Part shown: piece after piece, positions 31,481 to 41,722 of the stretch
How positions within the stretch are numbered: the stretch's first letter is position 1
Layout: each line of letters opens with the position of its first letter
Assembly: GCA_965219415.1 (NCBI GenBank)
Contig: OZ244742.1
Coordinates: 672,001 to 736,000 of the forward strand
Origin: Candidatus Marinacidobacterales bacterium
Lineage (GTDB): Bacteria; Acidobacteriota; Vicinamibacteria; Marinacidobacterales; DATDRI01
DNA length: 64,000 nt
Reading direction: 5' to 3'
Notes under the pieces: model-generated
Told to the model about the DNA's origin: nothing
What the model saw: the letters and a program-made list of their open reading frames with translations, nothing else
Databases searched by the model: none
Translations under genes and position numbers: made by a program

Positions 31481-33364
31481 CTACGGCGACGGTTTCTCGG
31501 AGCCTTCCGGAATCACCGGCAAGATCACATGCGAGGGATACTTCCGGGAATGGTGAACAGTGTTCTTCGCGACCACCCACTCGGTCTCCGAGTAGTTGTC
31601 CCCACCGGTGTTGAGGTTCCGGTCGAACCGAGGGAAACTGCTGCTCGAGATCTCCAATCGAATTCGATGCCCCGGACCGAAATAGTTACTCGTGGCCTGG
31701 AGATCGATCCGGACATCGTACACTTCGCCCGCCTCCATCCAGAGCTGCTTATCGTACCCCTCCCGATAACGGGCGCGTAGGATTCCCTCCTCGACGTTGT
31801 AGGCCGTCCCATCCGGGTAAATGTCAACCAGCTTCGCGGTGAAGTCTGTGTCTTTGGCGGTCGAGGAAACATAGAGAACGACCTCCATGGGGCCGGTGAC
31901 TTCTACACCCTCCTCGAGGATCGGGGTCGTAAAAACGAGAATGTCCTCGCGAGCCTCGACGTCTCGTTGGTCGTAGGCACCCGCCTCTGCGTCACGAGTT
32001 CCCGTGCAGCACAGCGGTCCACCGACGGTGGGCACGGGAGTCCTGGGATCGTAAATGAACTCGTCGGCCGGCTCATCTCCTGGCTTCTTGTTGCTTAGCC
32101 TCCCCGCACCGAAACGGCTGTTCGCCGATCCGTCACTATGAAGGTAGTAGGGGGTGAACTGCGTTCGGGCGAGAGGCCACTCGTTCTCGCCACGCCACTC
32201 GTTCTTACCCATGACATAGATCTGCACCTTGGGCATCTTGGTTAGGCCATTGTCGATACCCTTGAGCCAGTAATCGAACCAACGGACGTAGATGTTCCAG
32301 TAGTCGAGGCGGGCATCGCCCAGGTCGCGCGCGCCGATGATGGTTTTCTCCGTCGCCCCTTCGGATCGACAGTGTACCGCCGGGGAGATGATCACATACT
32401 GATTGTCTCTTCCGCGCGGGCTCTCCGCATTCGTGCGCATCAGGTTGAAGAGCTTCAACGTATCGGCCACACCGAGGTCGTACCAAGAGTTGACGTGCAG
32501 GGCGGGAACATCGAAACGGTCCTGGTCGTTCACGTAGCCCAAAGCGTCCCAGTAGGGATCACCGGGCCCGTGCGACATGAAGTCTTCGAAGTCCGAAACC
32601 GGTCCGCCTGCCTTTTGCATCATGTCGACTAGCGGCAGGCTCAGCCATGCCTTCTGGAAGTCGACGTCCTCGGGAGACTGGGGAGCGGGACGATACATAT
32701 CGCCATATTTGGCCCAAAAATCAGGCGGCGCACCGGGAGGCGGCCTGAGGTAATACTTACTGCCGTTACCAAGAAACCACCCGAAACCAGCCGACAGCTC
32801 CACCGCTCCTCCCATGTAGAGTCCGAAGTAGCGGTAGCTCCCGCCGGCCGCTTGCGGAAGGGCCGCGGTATGGTTGGGGTGTCTCATGGCGGCCTGCTGC
32901 ATTTGGTTCTCGCCAAGATAGGAACAACCGTATGTTCCGACTTTCCCGCTCGACCACGGCTGGCTCGACAACCACTCGATCGCGTCGTAACCGTCCTCTC
33001 GATCGGCCGCCGAGACGACGTACTCGCCTTCGGATTCGAACCTTCCGCGCATATCTTGCACTGCGTAGATGTAGCCTTGCGAAGCGAAAAAATGCGGCCA
33101 CCGTTTGGGATCGCGGTAGTTGTTTTTGTTGTATGGAGAACGCGATAGGATGACCGGCAACTTACCCTCGACACCCACCGGAAAATACAGATCGGTGGAC
33201 AGCTTGACGCCATCCCGCATCGGCACCATGACGCTTCGCTCCAGCCTGACTTCGTACTTCGGCTTTGGCTTTTCGAAATCCCGAACCGGTGCGGAAGACC
33301 ACGCCGGCAGGAACATCGTCGCGATAACAGGTATGCCGACTAGGATCCCAATGCGTTTTTTCAT
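31481..33364 (-). CDS. CocE/NonD family (peptidase S15) hydrolase, exported
   Basis: MRDGVKLSTD, GCSYLG, SSSFPRFDRN. Confidence 0.92.
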   Translation of the reverse strand: MKKRIGILVGIPVIATMFLPAWSSAPVRDFEKPKPKYEVRLERSVMVPMRDGVKLSTDLYFPVGVEGKLPVILSRSPYNKNNYRDPKRWPHFFASQGYIYAVQDMRGRFESEGEYVVSAADREDGYDAIEWLSSQPWSSGKVGTYGCSYLGENQMQQAAMRHPNHTAALPQAAGGSYRYFGLYMGGAVELSAGFGWFLGNGSKYYLRPPPGAPPDFWAKYGDMYRPAPQSPEDVDFQKAWLSLPLVDMMQKAGGPVSDFEDFMSHGPGDPYWDALGYVNDQDRFDVPALHVNSWYDLGVADTLKLFNLMRTNAESPRGRDNQYVIISPAVHCRSEGATEKTIIGARDLGDARLDYWNIYVRWFDYWLKGIDNGLTKMPKVQIYVMGKNEWRGENEWPLARTQFTPYYLHSDGSANSRFGAGRLSNKKPGDEPADEFIYDPRTPVPTVGGPLCCTGTRDAEAGAYDQRDVEAREDILVFTTPILEEGVEVTGPMEVVLYVSSTAKDTDFTAKLVDIYPDGTAYNVEEGILRARYREGYDKQLWMEAGEVYDVRIDLQATSNYFGPGHRIRLEISSSSFPRFDRNLNTGGDNYSETEWVVAKNTVHHSRKYPSHVILPVIPEGSEKPSP

Positions 33365-33372
33365 AGCCTTGC

Positions 33373-34344
33373 CTAGCTGTATTGAGTGGGGGTCGCAGAA
33401 ACTCCCATCATCTCCCGTGCCTGAGCCGGCGTCGCCACGTCCCGATTCAGCTCGTTCGCGATCCGCACCGCTCGCGCCACCAGCTGTGCGTTGCTCGTCG
33501 CCTTCTCACCTCTCCGGTAATAGACATTGTCCTCCAAGCCGACTCTCACATGTCCGCCCATGACCATCGACAGCGTCGTCATCGGAAGCTGGAACGGCCC
33601 GAGACCCGAACACAGCCAAAGAGATCCTTCCGGAAACTCGCGAAGGAGATGCACCACGTTCTCGACGGTCGGAAAGCTCGAAGTCTGATAACCCATCACC
33701 GTTTGCACCCAATACGGCTTGTCTAGCAATCCCTGATCGATGAGATCTTGAATCACCCAGGCGCCACCGGGATTGTAGGTCTCGAGCTCCGGCTTGACAC
33801 CTTGTCTTTTCATCTCGCTCGCGTACCAACTAATCTGCTTGTACGTAAAGGGGATGCAGTCGTCGTAGTCGATCGCCTCCCGCGGATGGGGTAGCGGTGC
33901 TTCACGCGCCTTTATCTTGAACTTGCTCATGTCCGGCGCCAGATTCAATGACGCCACCTCGGGCTTGGCGGCGAGGCAGGAGAGCCTCTCATCCATCGTC
34001 ATATCGAACCCGCCGCCCGTGGTGTCGTTGATGATGATGTCCGGACAACGCTCCCGGACCTTCTTATTGAGGTCGTACCAGACCTCGGTCGTCTTGGCCG
34101 GGCCAGGCAAGTAGTTCGGGTCACGGGCGTGGAGGTGAACCATCGACGCCCCCGCCTCATAGGCCTCATGGACGGAATCCGCGATCTCGTCCGAGGTCTC
34201 GGGAAGGTTCGGGTTGTACTCCTTGCCCTGAATGCCACCGTTCGAGGCCAAACAGATGATGACCGGAGGCATCCCTTTGCGGACTTTCTCCATGAAAGCG
34301 TAAGAGTCTGTGTAGGGCCAGATGTGGCCGTTGGCTTTACCCAT
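33373..34344 (-). CDS. Beta-keto acid cleavage enzyme (BKACE, DUF849)
   Basis: AGASMVHLHAR, TTGG, PEVASL, KPELE, HVRVGLEDN; start reassigned to MGKANG. Confidence 0.92.
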   Translation of the reverse strand: MGKANGHIWPYTDSYAFMEKVRKGMPPVIICLASNGGIQGKEYNPNLPETSDEIADSVHEAYEAGASMVHLHARDPNYLPGPAKTTEVWYDLNKKVRERCPDIIINDTTGGGFDMTMDERLSCLAAKPEVASLNLAPDMSKFKIKAREAPLPHPREAIDYDDCIPFTYKQISWYASEMKRQGVKPELETYNPGGAWVIQDLIDQGLLDKPYWVQTVMGYQTSSFPTVENVVHLLREFPEGSLWLCSGLGPFQLPMTTLSMVMGGHVRVGLEDNVYYRRGEKATSNAQLVARAVRIANELNRDVATPAQAREMMGVSATPTQYS

Positions 34345-34415
34345 GGTTTCCTCCCCCACTTCTAGTACACTATTTCGAAGGTCCGTACAAGAACGTGCGC
34401 AGTGTAACGTTTCTA

Positions 34416-35851
34416 GAAAGTGTGCCAATCTTAGTTGGGAATTGAAACGGCTCCAAACCCCGTGGTTTGATGGCGTTGGACAAAACAAAATCAAGCCGCG
34501 AAGAAAGGAGCCGAGATGGGAAGTCTGCTACGTTCGGTCAAGAAACGCAAGAAGTCGCGTCGTTTGGGTGAGGTCGAGATGGTGAGGCACGAGGATTACG
34601 GGGAACTCGCGCTGGACGCCAAGGTAGAGATGATCCGTTGGTTGGTCCCCCTTGGTCTAATGCACGTTCACGAGTTGCTCGACGACGAAGTGAAGGCGTT
34701 GGCGGGAGAGCGATACTCTCGCAAGGACGAGCTGGAGCGCGGTCGCCGTCCCGGAAGCAACCCGGGCACGGTAGGGCTTGGCGGCCAGCGGGTACCGATC
34801 CGTGTGCCACGGGTTCGGAGCATCGAGGGAGGAGAGATTCCGCTTCGCTGCTACGAGGCGGTGAGCCACGGCGGTGAGGTGAATGATCTTCTGCTGAAAC
34901 GAGTTCTCTACGGAATCTCTTGTCGCAACTACGAGGCGGCAGCGGAAGCGATTTCGGGCGCCATCGGGCTGTCGAGCTCAACGGTGTCCCGAGGGTTCGT
35001 GCAAGCGAGCGCTGCGAAGCTGCGGGAGATGCAGGAACGGGATCTGACCGGCGAGGATGTGGTGGCGCTGTTTCTGGATGGGAAGACATTCGCCGAGGCA
35101 ACGATGGTCGTGGCTCTGGCCATCACGCTTTGCGGGGAAAAACGCTTCTTGGGCTTCGTGGAGACGGACACGGAGAACGCGCAGGTGTTGACGCCGTTCC
35201 TGCGTTCACTGCTCAAGCGGGGACTCGATATCTCCCAGGGTCTGCTGGTGATCATCGACGGCGGCAAGGGTCTCCAAGCGGCAGTCAAGAAGGCATTCCG
35301 TAAGCGGGCCCTGATACAACGCTGCCAGTGGCAACAAACGTGAAAACGTAGTGAGCTACCTGTCCAAGGGCGAGCAGGCGTCATGGCGCAAGCGGCTCCA
35401 GTGGGCCTACAACAGGCCGGAGTACGAAGAGGCCCTCACTGCGCTCGAGCAACTCCACGGTGAGTTAGAAGAGCGGAACCAATCCGCAGCTGGCAGCCTG
35501 GAGGAAGGCCTCGAGGAGACGCTGACGTTGCATCGACTCGGCGTGCACGCGGTGCTGGGCCGTTCGTTCAAGACGACGAACTGCCTTGAGTCCGTCAATG
35601 CTCTCGTCGAGGAACGCTGCGCGAAGGTCGACCACTGGAAGAACTCGAGCCAACGCCAGCGCTGGTTGGCAACGGCGCTCGTAGACATCGAACCGCGCTT
35701 GAGGAAGGTGGTGGGCTACCGCCATCTTCCCAAGCTTCGCGAAGCTCTCAAGCGGGAACTGAAGATCGAGGCGAAGACATCAACCGTATCGAAGAAGAAG
35801 GTCGCTTAAACGTGAGCCGTGGAGAGTTTCAACTAAGAATGGGCTTGACTC
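34416..35851 (+). mobile_element. IS256-family element with 8-bp target duplication CGTTTCTA
   Basis: TSD at 34408-34415 and 35852-35859; imperfect terminal IRs sharing TCTTAGTTG. Confidence 0.9.
34516..35809 (+). CDS. IS256 transposase, frameshifted near 35335
   Basis: LFLDG, IIDGGKGL, QRCQW, TTNCLES. Confidence 0.88.
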
Positions 35852-35860
35852 CGTTTCTAT

Positions 35861-35934
35861 ACAGGGGGCAGATCTAATTTTATGGACAATGTCACAAAAT
35901 TAGATCTGACCCCTGTTACTTTTGACCCCTGTTA
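35861..35934. repeat. REP-like palindrome (GGGGTCAGATCT family) plus a partial third arm
   Basis: 21-nt arms 35861-35881 and 35896-35916 match at 20/21; TGACCCCTGTTA repeated at 35923-35934. Confidence 0.7.
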
Positions 35935-36822
35935 GCCCTTGAGCCAGCCCGGTTTTTCGAAGGCGGGGTCGGGATACTTGTAGAAGCCCTCTCCGGATTT
36001 CCTGCCCAGCTTCCCCTGCTCGATCATGCCTAGAAGCATCTGGGGAGGCTTGTCGGAAGGGTCACCGGTGGCATTGTAATAGACCATTTCGATGTCCCGT
36101 ACGACGTCCAGACCGATCTCGTCCATCAACCCGCAGGGCCCAATGGGCGTGCCCCAGTCGAGCATCCAGGCCCGGTCCATGTCCTCCGGCGTGAGATAGC
36201 CCTGGTCGAGCAAGAACAAGACTTCTTTCTTGACGGCACGCCACACGCGATTGAACGCGTATCCCTGGATTTCTTTCTTGACTAATATCGGAACCAGGTC
36301 GACGGAACGGAGGAAACCGACCGCACTCTCGATGGTGACAGGCGCGGTCTTGGGGTGCCCCATTACTTCGACCTTCACGTGATCCGGAGTGCCGAAGTTC
36401 ACGTTGAACGTCTTCTTCGGACGGCCGCTTGCGTCGGCCATCGATGAGCCTGGGATGGACGACGTATTCGAACCGATGAGAGTATCTGGCCCAACAAAAC
36501 GACCGATCTCGGCGAACACTTTCCGTTTCAGATCGACGTTCTCGTGAACCGCCTCGATCACGAGATCCGTTCCTGCTACGCACGTCTCGATGGAGTCGGT
36601 CGGCTCGAGCGCGGCCATGGCGGACTCGACGGTACCCTCGGGCAGTTTCCCCGACTGTACCCGAGCCTCGACCAGCGAGCGCACGTATTGAACCGCATCT
36701 TTCAAGGCCGCAGAGTTCGTATCGAACAAACGCGTTTCCTTGCCGTAGATAACAAAGCCGAACGCGATCCGGCGGCCCATCGTACCTGCGCCCACCACGC
36801 CTATCGTGTCTATCCCACTCAT
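35932..36822 (-). CDS. 3-hydroxyacyl-CoA dehydrogenase family protein
   Basis: GVVGAGTMG, EAVHE, SNTSS, GKLGRKSGEGFY; start reassigned to MSGIDT. Confidence 0.88.
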   Translation of the reverse strand: MSGIDTIGVVGAGTMGRRIAFGFVIYGKETRLFDTNSAALKDAVQYVRSLVEARVQSGKLPEGTVESAMAALEPTDSIETCVAGTDLVIEAVHENVDLKRKVFAEIGRFVGPDTLIGSNTSSIPGSSMADASGRPKKTFNVNFGTPDHVKVEVMGHPKTAPVTIESAVGFLRSVDLVPILVKKEIQGYAFNRVWRAVKKEVLFLLDQGYLTPEDMDRAWMLDWGTPIGPCGLMDEIGLDVVRDIEMVYYNATGDPSDKPPQMLLGMIEQGKLGRKSGEGFYKYPDPAFEKPGWLKG

Positions 36823-37775
36823 TGCAGCGGGTCCTCCTTCTTTAGGGTGCGGATCTTCCGCACCATGCGATCGCGCCAGCGGCGTATTTCGGCGCGATCG
36901 ATGCCGCCCACCATCTCGTCCGTCGCCTTCCCCATTTGCTCGATGGAACCGGCGTCGAGCTCGGGCGTCGAGCCCAGGTCGTTCATGAGCTCGAGGTAGT
37001 CGCCTCGATAGCGAGTGAAGTACTGCCGAACCCCGCCATCGGCGTTCGTATTCGCGACACCGAACGGACCCATCAGCGCCCAACGCAGTCCAAGGCCATC
37101 TCGGATGACGGCGTCTACCGCATCCACATCCGCCACGCCGCTCGTCACGAGGTTCACCGCTTCCCTAATTAACGCGGCCTGCATGCGGTTCAGCAGAAAG
37201 CCAGGAACGTAGAAGTTCATCACCACCGGTGTTTGCCCCACTGCTTTCAAGAAGGCGCACGTCTGCTGCACCACCTCCGGATCGGTTTCCTTCCCTGGCA
37301 GGACCTCGACCACCGGTACAACGTGGGGAGGATTGACGGGATGGGCAACGATGCATCGGCGCGCTCCGGTTAGACCCGCGGCGATCTCCGTCATGTCTAT
37401 CGCCGAGGTGCTGCTGCCGAGGATGGCCGCCGGATCGGCGGCGCGATCGAGCTCCGCGTATAGAGCCTGCTTGAGCTCGATCTTTTCCGGGCCGCTCTCT
37501 TGAACATACTCAGCGCCGGCGAGGGCGTCCTTCAAATCCGCGTGCGCGGTGACTCGAGAGCGCCGAGAAGTCGCCTCTTCGCTCGACAGCAACCCGGCCT
37601 CGCGATCCTCCTCCAAGTCCTGCTCAATCCAAGCGAGCGCGTTTTCGACCTGAGCGACATCACGGTCATGGATCCGAGTCGGACAACCGGCACGTGCGAA
37701 AATTTGTATCCAGCTTCTACCGATGACACCCGTGCCGATGACTGCGACCGTTGTCGAAATCTTGGGTGCGGTCAC
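36819..37775 (-). CDS. 3-hydroxyacyl-CoA dehydrogenase family, carnitine dehydrogenase/lambda-crystallin-like
   Basis: GTGVIGRSW, VQESGPE, AHPVNPP, GLGLRWALMGP. Confidence 0.88.
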   Translation of the reverse strand: MTAPKISTTVAVIGTGVIGRSWIQIFARAGCPTRIHDRDVAQVENALAWIEQDLEEDREAGLLSSEEATSRRSRVTAHADLKDALAGAEYVQESGPEKIELKQALYAELDRAADPAAILGSSTSAIDMTEIAAGLTGARRCIVAHPVNPPHVVPVVEVLPGKETDPEVVQQTCAFLKAVGQTPVVMNFYVPGFLLNRMQAALIREAVNLVTSGVADVDAVDAVIRDGLGLRWALMGPFGVANTNADGGVRQYFTRYRGDYLELMNDLGSTPELDAGSIEQMGKATDEMVGGIDRAEIRRWRDRMVRKIRTLKKEDPLQ

Positions 37776-39205
37776 CGACGCCCCTCACCCAGTATTTGCT
37801 TCCGCCTCTCCGCTTCGCTGACGCTCGCTCGCAGGCTGCGGGCACCTAGCCAGAAGATGCCCCCGAGCACACCCCAGCCCAAGAAGATCATCCACTCCAT
37901 TGGAAGGGAGCCCTCGGCGCTCAAGTAGGGTCCGTAAAGCGTCATGAACAGCATGTAGAGACAGCCCAGCACGGCAACGGACGCCGTGGCGATCCCTCCC
38001 GGCACGCGAAACGGCGGTTCCTGTTCCGGTCGATCGCGTCGCAATTTGATCACGCCCCAGCACGTGATCAAGTACCCAAGCGTCAAACACGTGGCGCCCA
38101 CGTTGACGATGGGAATGATGGCACCGCGCCCTAGAAAGACACCGGCCGAGCCGATAACACCCACGAAGAGAACGGCGGTTGCCGGCGATCGGAATTTGCT
38201 ATGAACCGAAGCGAAGGCCGGTGGGATGATGGTTGCCCGGCCGAGTGCGAACAGTACCCGAGAACCGCCGAGGAACATCGCGTTCCAGGTGGTAACGATG
38301 CCAAAAAAGGCGGCCAGCAGAACCAAGTTCGCCAGCACCGGAGAGTTGAGTGCCGCCTCGAAAGCCCCGGCCGCAGGAAGCTCGAGTTCGAGCATCTCCT
38401 GCCACGGCATGCTCATGGAAGCGGAAAGTATGACCAAGCAGTAAAAGAGCCCCGCCGAGAACAGCGACAGCAGCATCATTCGGCCCACCAGCTTGACCGA
38501 GGTGCCAGGAGCCATTTCCTCGATCGCTTGCGGGATGACGTTGAAACCGCCGTACCAAAACGGTGCAGTTACCAGGACGCCGGCAATTCCCATGCCTACC
38601 GAGCTCGTCTGTTGAAACAAAGGATCCAAGTTGGCGGCCTTGCCCCAAATGAGCCCCGCGGTTATGAAAATCACAGAGCAGCCGAGCACACCATAGGTGA
38701 GAACATCTTGAAATCGAGTTGCCGTTTTGGCACCTCGATAATTGAGATATGTGAGAAGCGCCATGCCCCCGAGACCCAACGCGAGGCTCCCCAGGTAAAC
38801 CGGATCGCCGCGCACGGTGTAGAGAATCCGCCCTTCGAATCCTTCCAGCAACACACCCGCCACCCATCCCACCGAAACAGCCTCGAACGTCGTGGTGGCG
38901 ATGTAGATCAAAGCCATCGCCCAACCGATGGCGAAGCTCACGTTCACGCCGTATAGCTCGTAGGCGTAGGCCACCTCCCCGCCCGCCACCGGTAGCTGGC
39001 TCGACATCTCGGCGTAACACAGTGCGACCAGCATCATGATCAAACCGCCCCCCGCAAAACCCAAGATCGCGCCGAGGGGACCGGCCTTCGATAGCCATTG
39101 CCCCAGCACCACGACCCAGCCGACTCCGATGATCGTTCCGAGCCCAAGGGTAAAGAACTGGATGGCGCTGATGTCCTTCTTCAGTTCTGGGCGGGCTTCC
39201 GTCAT
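37772..39205 (-). CDS. APC-family amino acid permease
   Basis: GTIIGVG, YAEM...PVAGG, about 12 TM helices. Confidence 0.92.
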   Translation of the reverse strand: MTEARPELKKDISAIQFFTLGLGTIIGVGWVVVLGQWLSKAGPLGAILGFAGGGLIMMLVALCYAEMSSQLPVAGGEVAYAYELYGVNVSFAIGWAMALIYIATTTFEAVSVGWVAGVLLEGFEGRILYTVRGDPVYLGSLALGLGGMALLTYLNYRGAKTATRFQDVLTYGVLGCSVIFITAGLIWGKAANLDPLFQQTSSVGMGIAGVLVTAPFWYGGFNVIPQAIEEMAPGTSVKLVGRMMLLSLFSAGLFYCLVILSASMSMPWQEMLELELPAAGAFEAALNSPVLANLVLLAAFFGIVTTWNAMFLGGSRVLFALGRATIIPPAFASVHSKFRSPATAVLFVGVIGSAGVFLGRGAIIPIVNVGATCLTLGYLITCWGVIKLRRDRPEQEPPFRVPGGIATASVAVLGCLYMLFMTLYGPYLSAEGSLPMEWMIFLGWGVLGGIFWLGARSLRASVSEAERRKQILGEGRR

Positions 39206-39214
39206 GGGCCCTCT

Positions 39215-39463
39215 CTACGCGAACCGGTCGACATACTCGAGCTCGTCGCGGTCGAAATCGGCAAGCCAGATCGTGCTCCCCTCCGCATCCACCTTCTCTA
39301 CAGCGACCGGTCCTCGAGGATCTTCGGGATCGTACTCGTGAGCGATGATGGCGACGTCCCCCACCGCCGGTTCTCGGCGGACGCCGTCCGTTCCGTCGTA
39401 GTGCCGATTCTCCCTCAAGAGACGGACGATACGCACATTGTCGTATTCCTTGAGAGCGCGCAT
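39215..39463 (-). CDS. Small DUF4926-like protein
   Basis: MRALKEYDNVRI...GDVAIIAH...VAVE. Confidence 0.55.
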   Translation of the reverse strand: MRALKEYDNVRIVRLLRENRHYDGTDGVRREPAVGDVAIIAHEYDPEDPRGPVAVEKVDAEGSTIWLADFDRDELEYVDRFA

Positions 39464-39471
39464 CGCTCGAT

Positions 39472-39903
39472 CTACCGTTGGAGCAGAGCGAGCATCGTGA
39501 CGAAGGCGGCAACGCCCAGTGCACTCCGCACGCCGTGCAGTGTGTTCCAATTGTGTAACAGCGCCGTTGCCTCGTCCGAGCTTGCGTCGAGCGCCGAGCT
39601 GAGAAGCCGTTTGTTCGTGGACATGATCGCCACAAAAGTGAATGGTATGACACTTCCGAGCAACAAACCCGCTACCAGCCATCCTGTCTCGCCGCCACCG
39701 AACCAAACGAAGAGCGCGCCCACGAGCCCAACCAATGCGAGCGAGGCCTGCATGACGGCCGCCCGTTTATAGCTGGGCCCGAACTCTCGTAGCGCGAACG
39801 CCGTGCCCAATTCCAATCTGGCCGGGTGCTCAACGAGATTGATATAGATGGCGGCGCCGGCAAACAGGCCCGCACAAAGAGTAGCTACCAGCTCGGCAGT
39901 CAT
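39472..39903 (-). CDS. DUF1772 (anthrone oxygenase-like) membrane protein
   Basis: GLFAGAAIYINLVEHPAR, WNTLHGVR. Confidence 0.8.
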   Translation of the reverse strand: MTAELVATLCAGLFAGAAIYINLVEHPARLELGTAFALREFGPSYKRAAVMQASLALVGLVGALFVWFGGGETGWLVAGLLLGSVIPFTFVAIMSTNKRLLSSALDASSDEATALLHNWNTLHGVRSALGVAAFVTMLALLQR

Positions 39904-39929
39904 CTCACCTCACCTCGATTCGCATCCGG

Positions 39930-40135
39930 CTGGGGTCAGACCACGCGTGAAAACCAGACGGGGGTCAGATCTCAAAACAGGACTCACGTCGGATCTCCAA
40001 ATAGGACACCTCGAGCCTGACACGCGGGCGCCAAAATAGGTTGTGCCATGAATCAAAGTGGCCAGGCGCCGGGATCAGACCTGTGTCACATTTGGAGCTC
40101 TGGCTCTTGTCACATTCCCTCGTCACATTCCTCGC
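39930..40135. repeat. Degenerate REP-like intergenic repeats
   Basis: GGGGTCAGA at 39932, GGGGTCAGATCT at 39961, GTCACATT three times near 40085-40130. Confidence 0.5.
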
Positions 40136-40416
40136 TAGGCGCTCCGCACGCCACCGAATCGTTTTTCGGCCCGGGCCCGTGCCTTCGCGGCTTCCTCTTC
40201 CCGGTTGCGAGTCGGTGAGGTCGTGACGAGCGAATCGATCAACTCGCGGGCGACCGTCGTAACGGCCTCGACCGCGCGGTCGAACGCGCCCTCGTTTACC
40301 TTGGAAGGCTTGGTAAATCCGCTTAACTTCCGAACGAACTGAACGGATGCCGCTCGAACCTCTTCGTCGGTAGCGGGGGGAGCGAAGTTAAACAGCGTCT
40401 TGATGTTTCTACACAT
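40135..40416 (-). CDS. DUF2277 family protein
   Basis: MCRNIKTLFNFAPPAT...QFVRKLSG. Confidence 0.88.
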   Translation of the reverse strand: MCRNIKTLFNFAPPATDEEVRAASVQFVRKLSGFTKPSKVNEGAFDRAVEAVTTVARELIDSLVTTSPTRNREEEAAKARARAEKRFGGVRSA

Positions 40417-40419
40417 CGG

Positions 40420-40956
40420 TCACCTACTATCACCCGAGTCGGGGGACTCGGTGTCCTCTGGCCAGGGCATCACACGGCCCATCTCTAGGAACGTTTTGAG
40501 TCTCGATAGGGATTTCAGCCATCCCACGGGGCTGATTATCTCGCATGTCTTGGGAGCTTCGGTACATTCGTGGCGGATCGCAACCAGCACCGCTTCGCCG
40601 CGCTCGAGGATGTCGATCTCTACGAAAGTGGGAGGTTCTTCGAACCCGAAGCCCACGAACTGAAACGTATGGGCCAAACCCACGCCCTTTTCTATTCTCT
40701 CTAGAGTCCCGCGATAGAAGACCCGCTCCTCGTTCCCCCATACCACGGGATCTCCGGGTTGGTCCCCGAACTCCCGACAAGGCGACGAGTACCACGCTTC
40801 GTACGCCTCGGCTTTTGAGAATCTCTCCCAAACCGCGTCATAACTCGCCTCGATGTAGGCCCTTGCGGTCAGGATCGTAACCGACGGCGCCTCAGAAGCC
40901 TGGGTTCCGTAGGCGGGTACGAGACTTGCGAGAACTGCGGCAATCAGAACTCTCAT
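40420..40956 (-). CDS. Exported SRPBCC/AHSA1-like domain protein
   Basis: YIEAS...VW...W, GWLKSLSRLKTFLE. Confidence 0.7.
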   Translation of the reverse strand: MRVLIAAVLASLVPAYGTQASEAPSVTILTARAYIEASYDAVWERFSKAEAYEAWYSSPCREFGDQPGDPVVWGNEERVFYRGTLERIEKGVGLAHTFQFVGFGFEEPPTFVEIDILERGEAVLVAIRHECTEAPKTCEIISPVGWLKSLSRLKTFLEMGRVMPWPEDTESPDSGDSR

Positions 40957-40986
40957 CGAGGCTCCTCCGAACGGCGGGTGATCATG

Positions 40987-41232
40987 TCAATCCTTCCAGT
41001 AGCCGAACTCCGGTTCATAGCACGAGCTATCGAGCTCGGAAACCCGCGCCTGCAAGCGAGCTTGCGCGTCTGCGATCGCTTGGTTGTAGATACACGGCCC
41101 GATCTCCCGCAAGCTGTAGTCGAGCAGCAGCCCGGCCTTGAGATCCCCGATTTCCTCTTCCATGTTTTCTGCGAAGTAGCGCTTTATCGAAGCAACAAGC
41201 CGCTTTTCGACTTCCTGTGACAATTTCTTCAT
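40987..41232 (-). CDS. DUF2164 family protein
   Basis: SIKRYF...EIG...IGPCIYNQAIADA. Confidence 0.85.
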   Translation of the reverse strand: MKKLSQEVEKRLVASIKRYFAENMEEEIGDLKAGLLLDYSLREIGPCIYNQAIADAQARLQARVSELDSSCYEPEFGYWKD

Positions 41233-41244
41233 CTTCGCCGCCCG

Positions 41245-41712
41245 TCACATTTGGTCCCAGCCCCAGATTGCATAAGCGCTCGCGTTGTCGAGCGCCTGAT
41301 CGCACTCCTTCAACGTCAATAGGATGCTACCCCGGTGGTGGCTCTCATGGGCGACGAGGTAGGAGAGGGTTGTGAAGAGCCCTTTCCTGAAGCCGCGCCG
41401 CTTCGGCTTGCCCGCCAGCACGTCCGCGAGAAAAGTCTCGATCGCGCGGCCAGACGCGGTGAGGGCCTTCTTGAGATCGGTTTTCTTTGGGCTCACCTTG
41501 CTCTCGAACTTGGGTAGCCCCTTCGATAGGTCCTTTGCTCGCTTCTCGAGGTGCCACACACGCACGTTGTGGATGTGGGCAAACTGTAGGGCCACGTCCC
41601 ACCCGCCACGTTTCGAGAGAGTGCACTTCATCCCTGCGGCATTGATACGCTGGATGAGAAAGAGGTTGATTCGGTTGTTGGTCCGCCATGCTTCTATCAG
41701 CTCGTTTTGCAT
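41245..41712 (-). CDS. DinB family protein
   Basis: FAHIHNVR, AHESHHRG; start MQNELI after GAGG RBS. Confidence 0.8.
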   Translation of the reverse strand: MQNELIEAWRTNNRINLFLIQRINAAGMKCTLSKRGGWDVALQFAHIHNVRVWHLEKRAKDLSKGLPKFESKVSPKKTDLKKALTASGRAIETFLADVLAGKPKRRGFRKGLFTTLSYLVAHESHHRGSILLTLKECDQALDNASAYAIWGWDQM

Positions 41713-41722
41713 GTGGTTCCTC

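Noticed and set aside
39930-40135. CRISPR array
   Set aside because: Repeats are short, irregular and lack constant spacing; no cas genes
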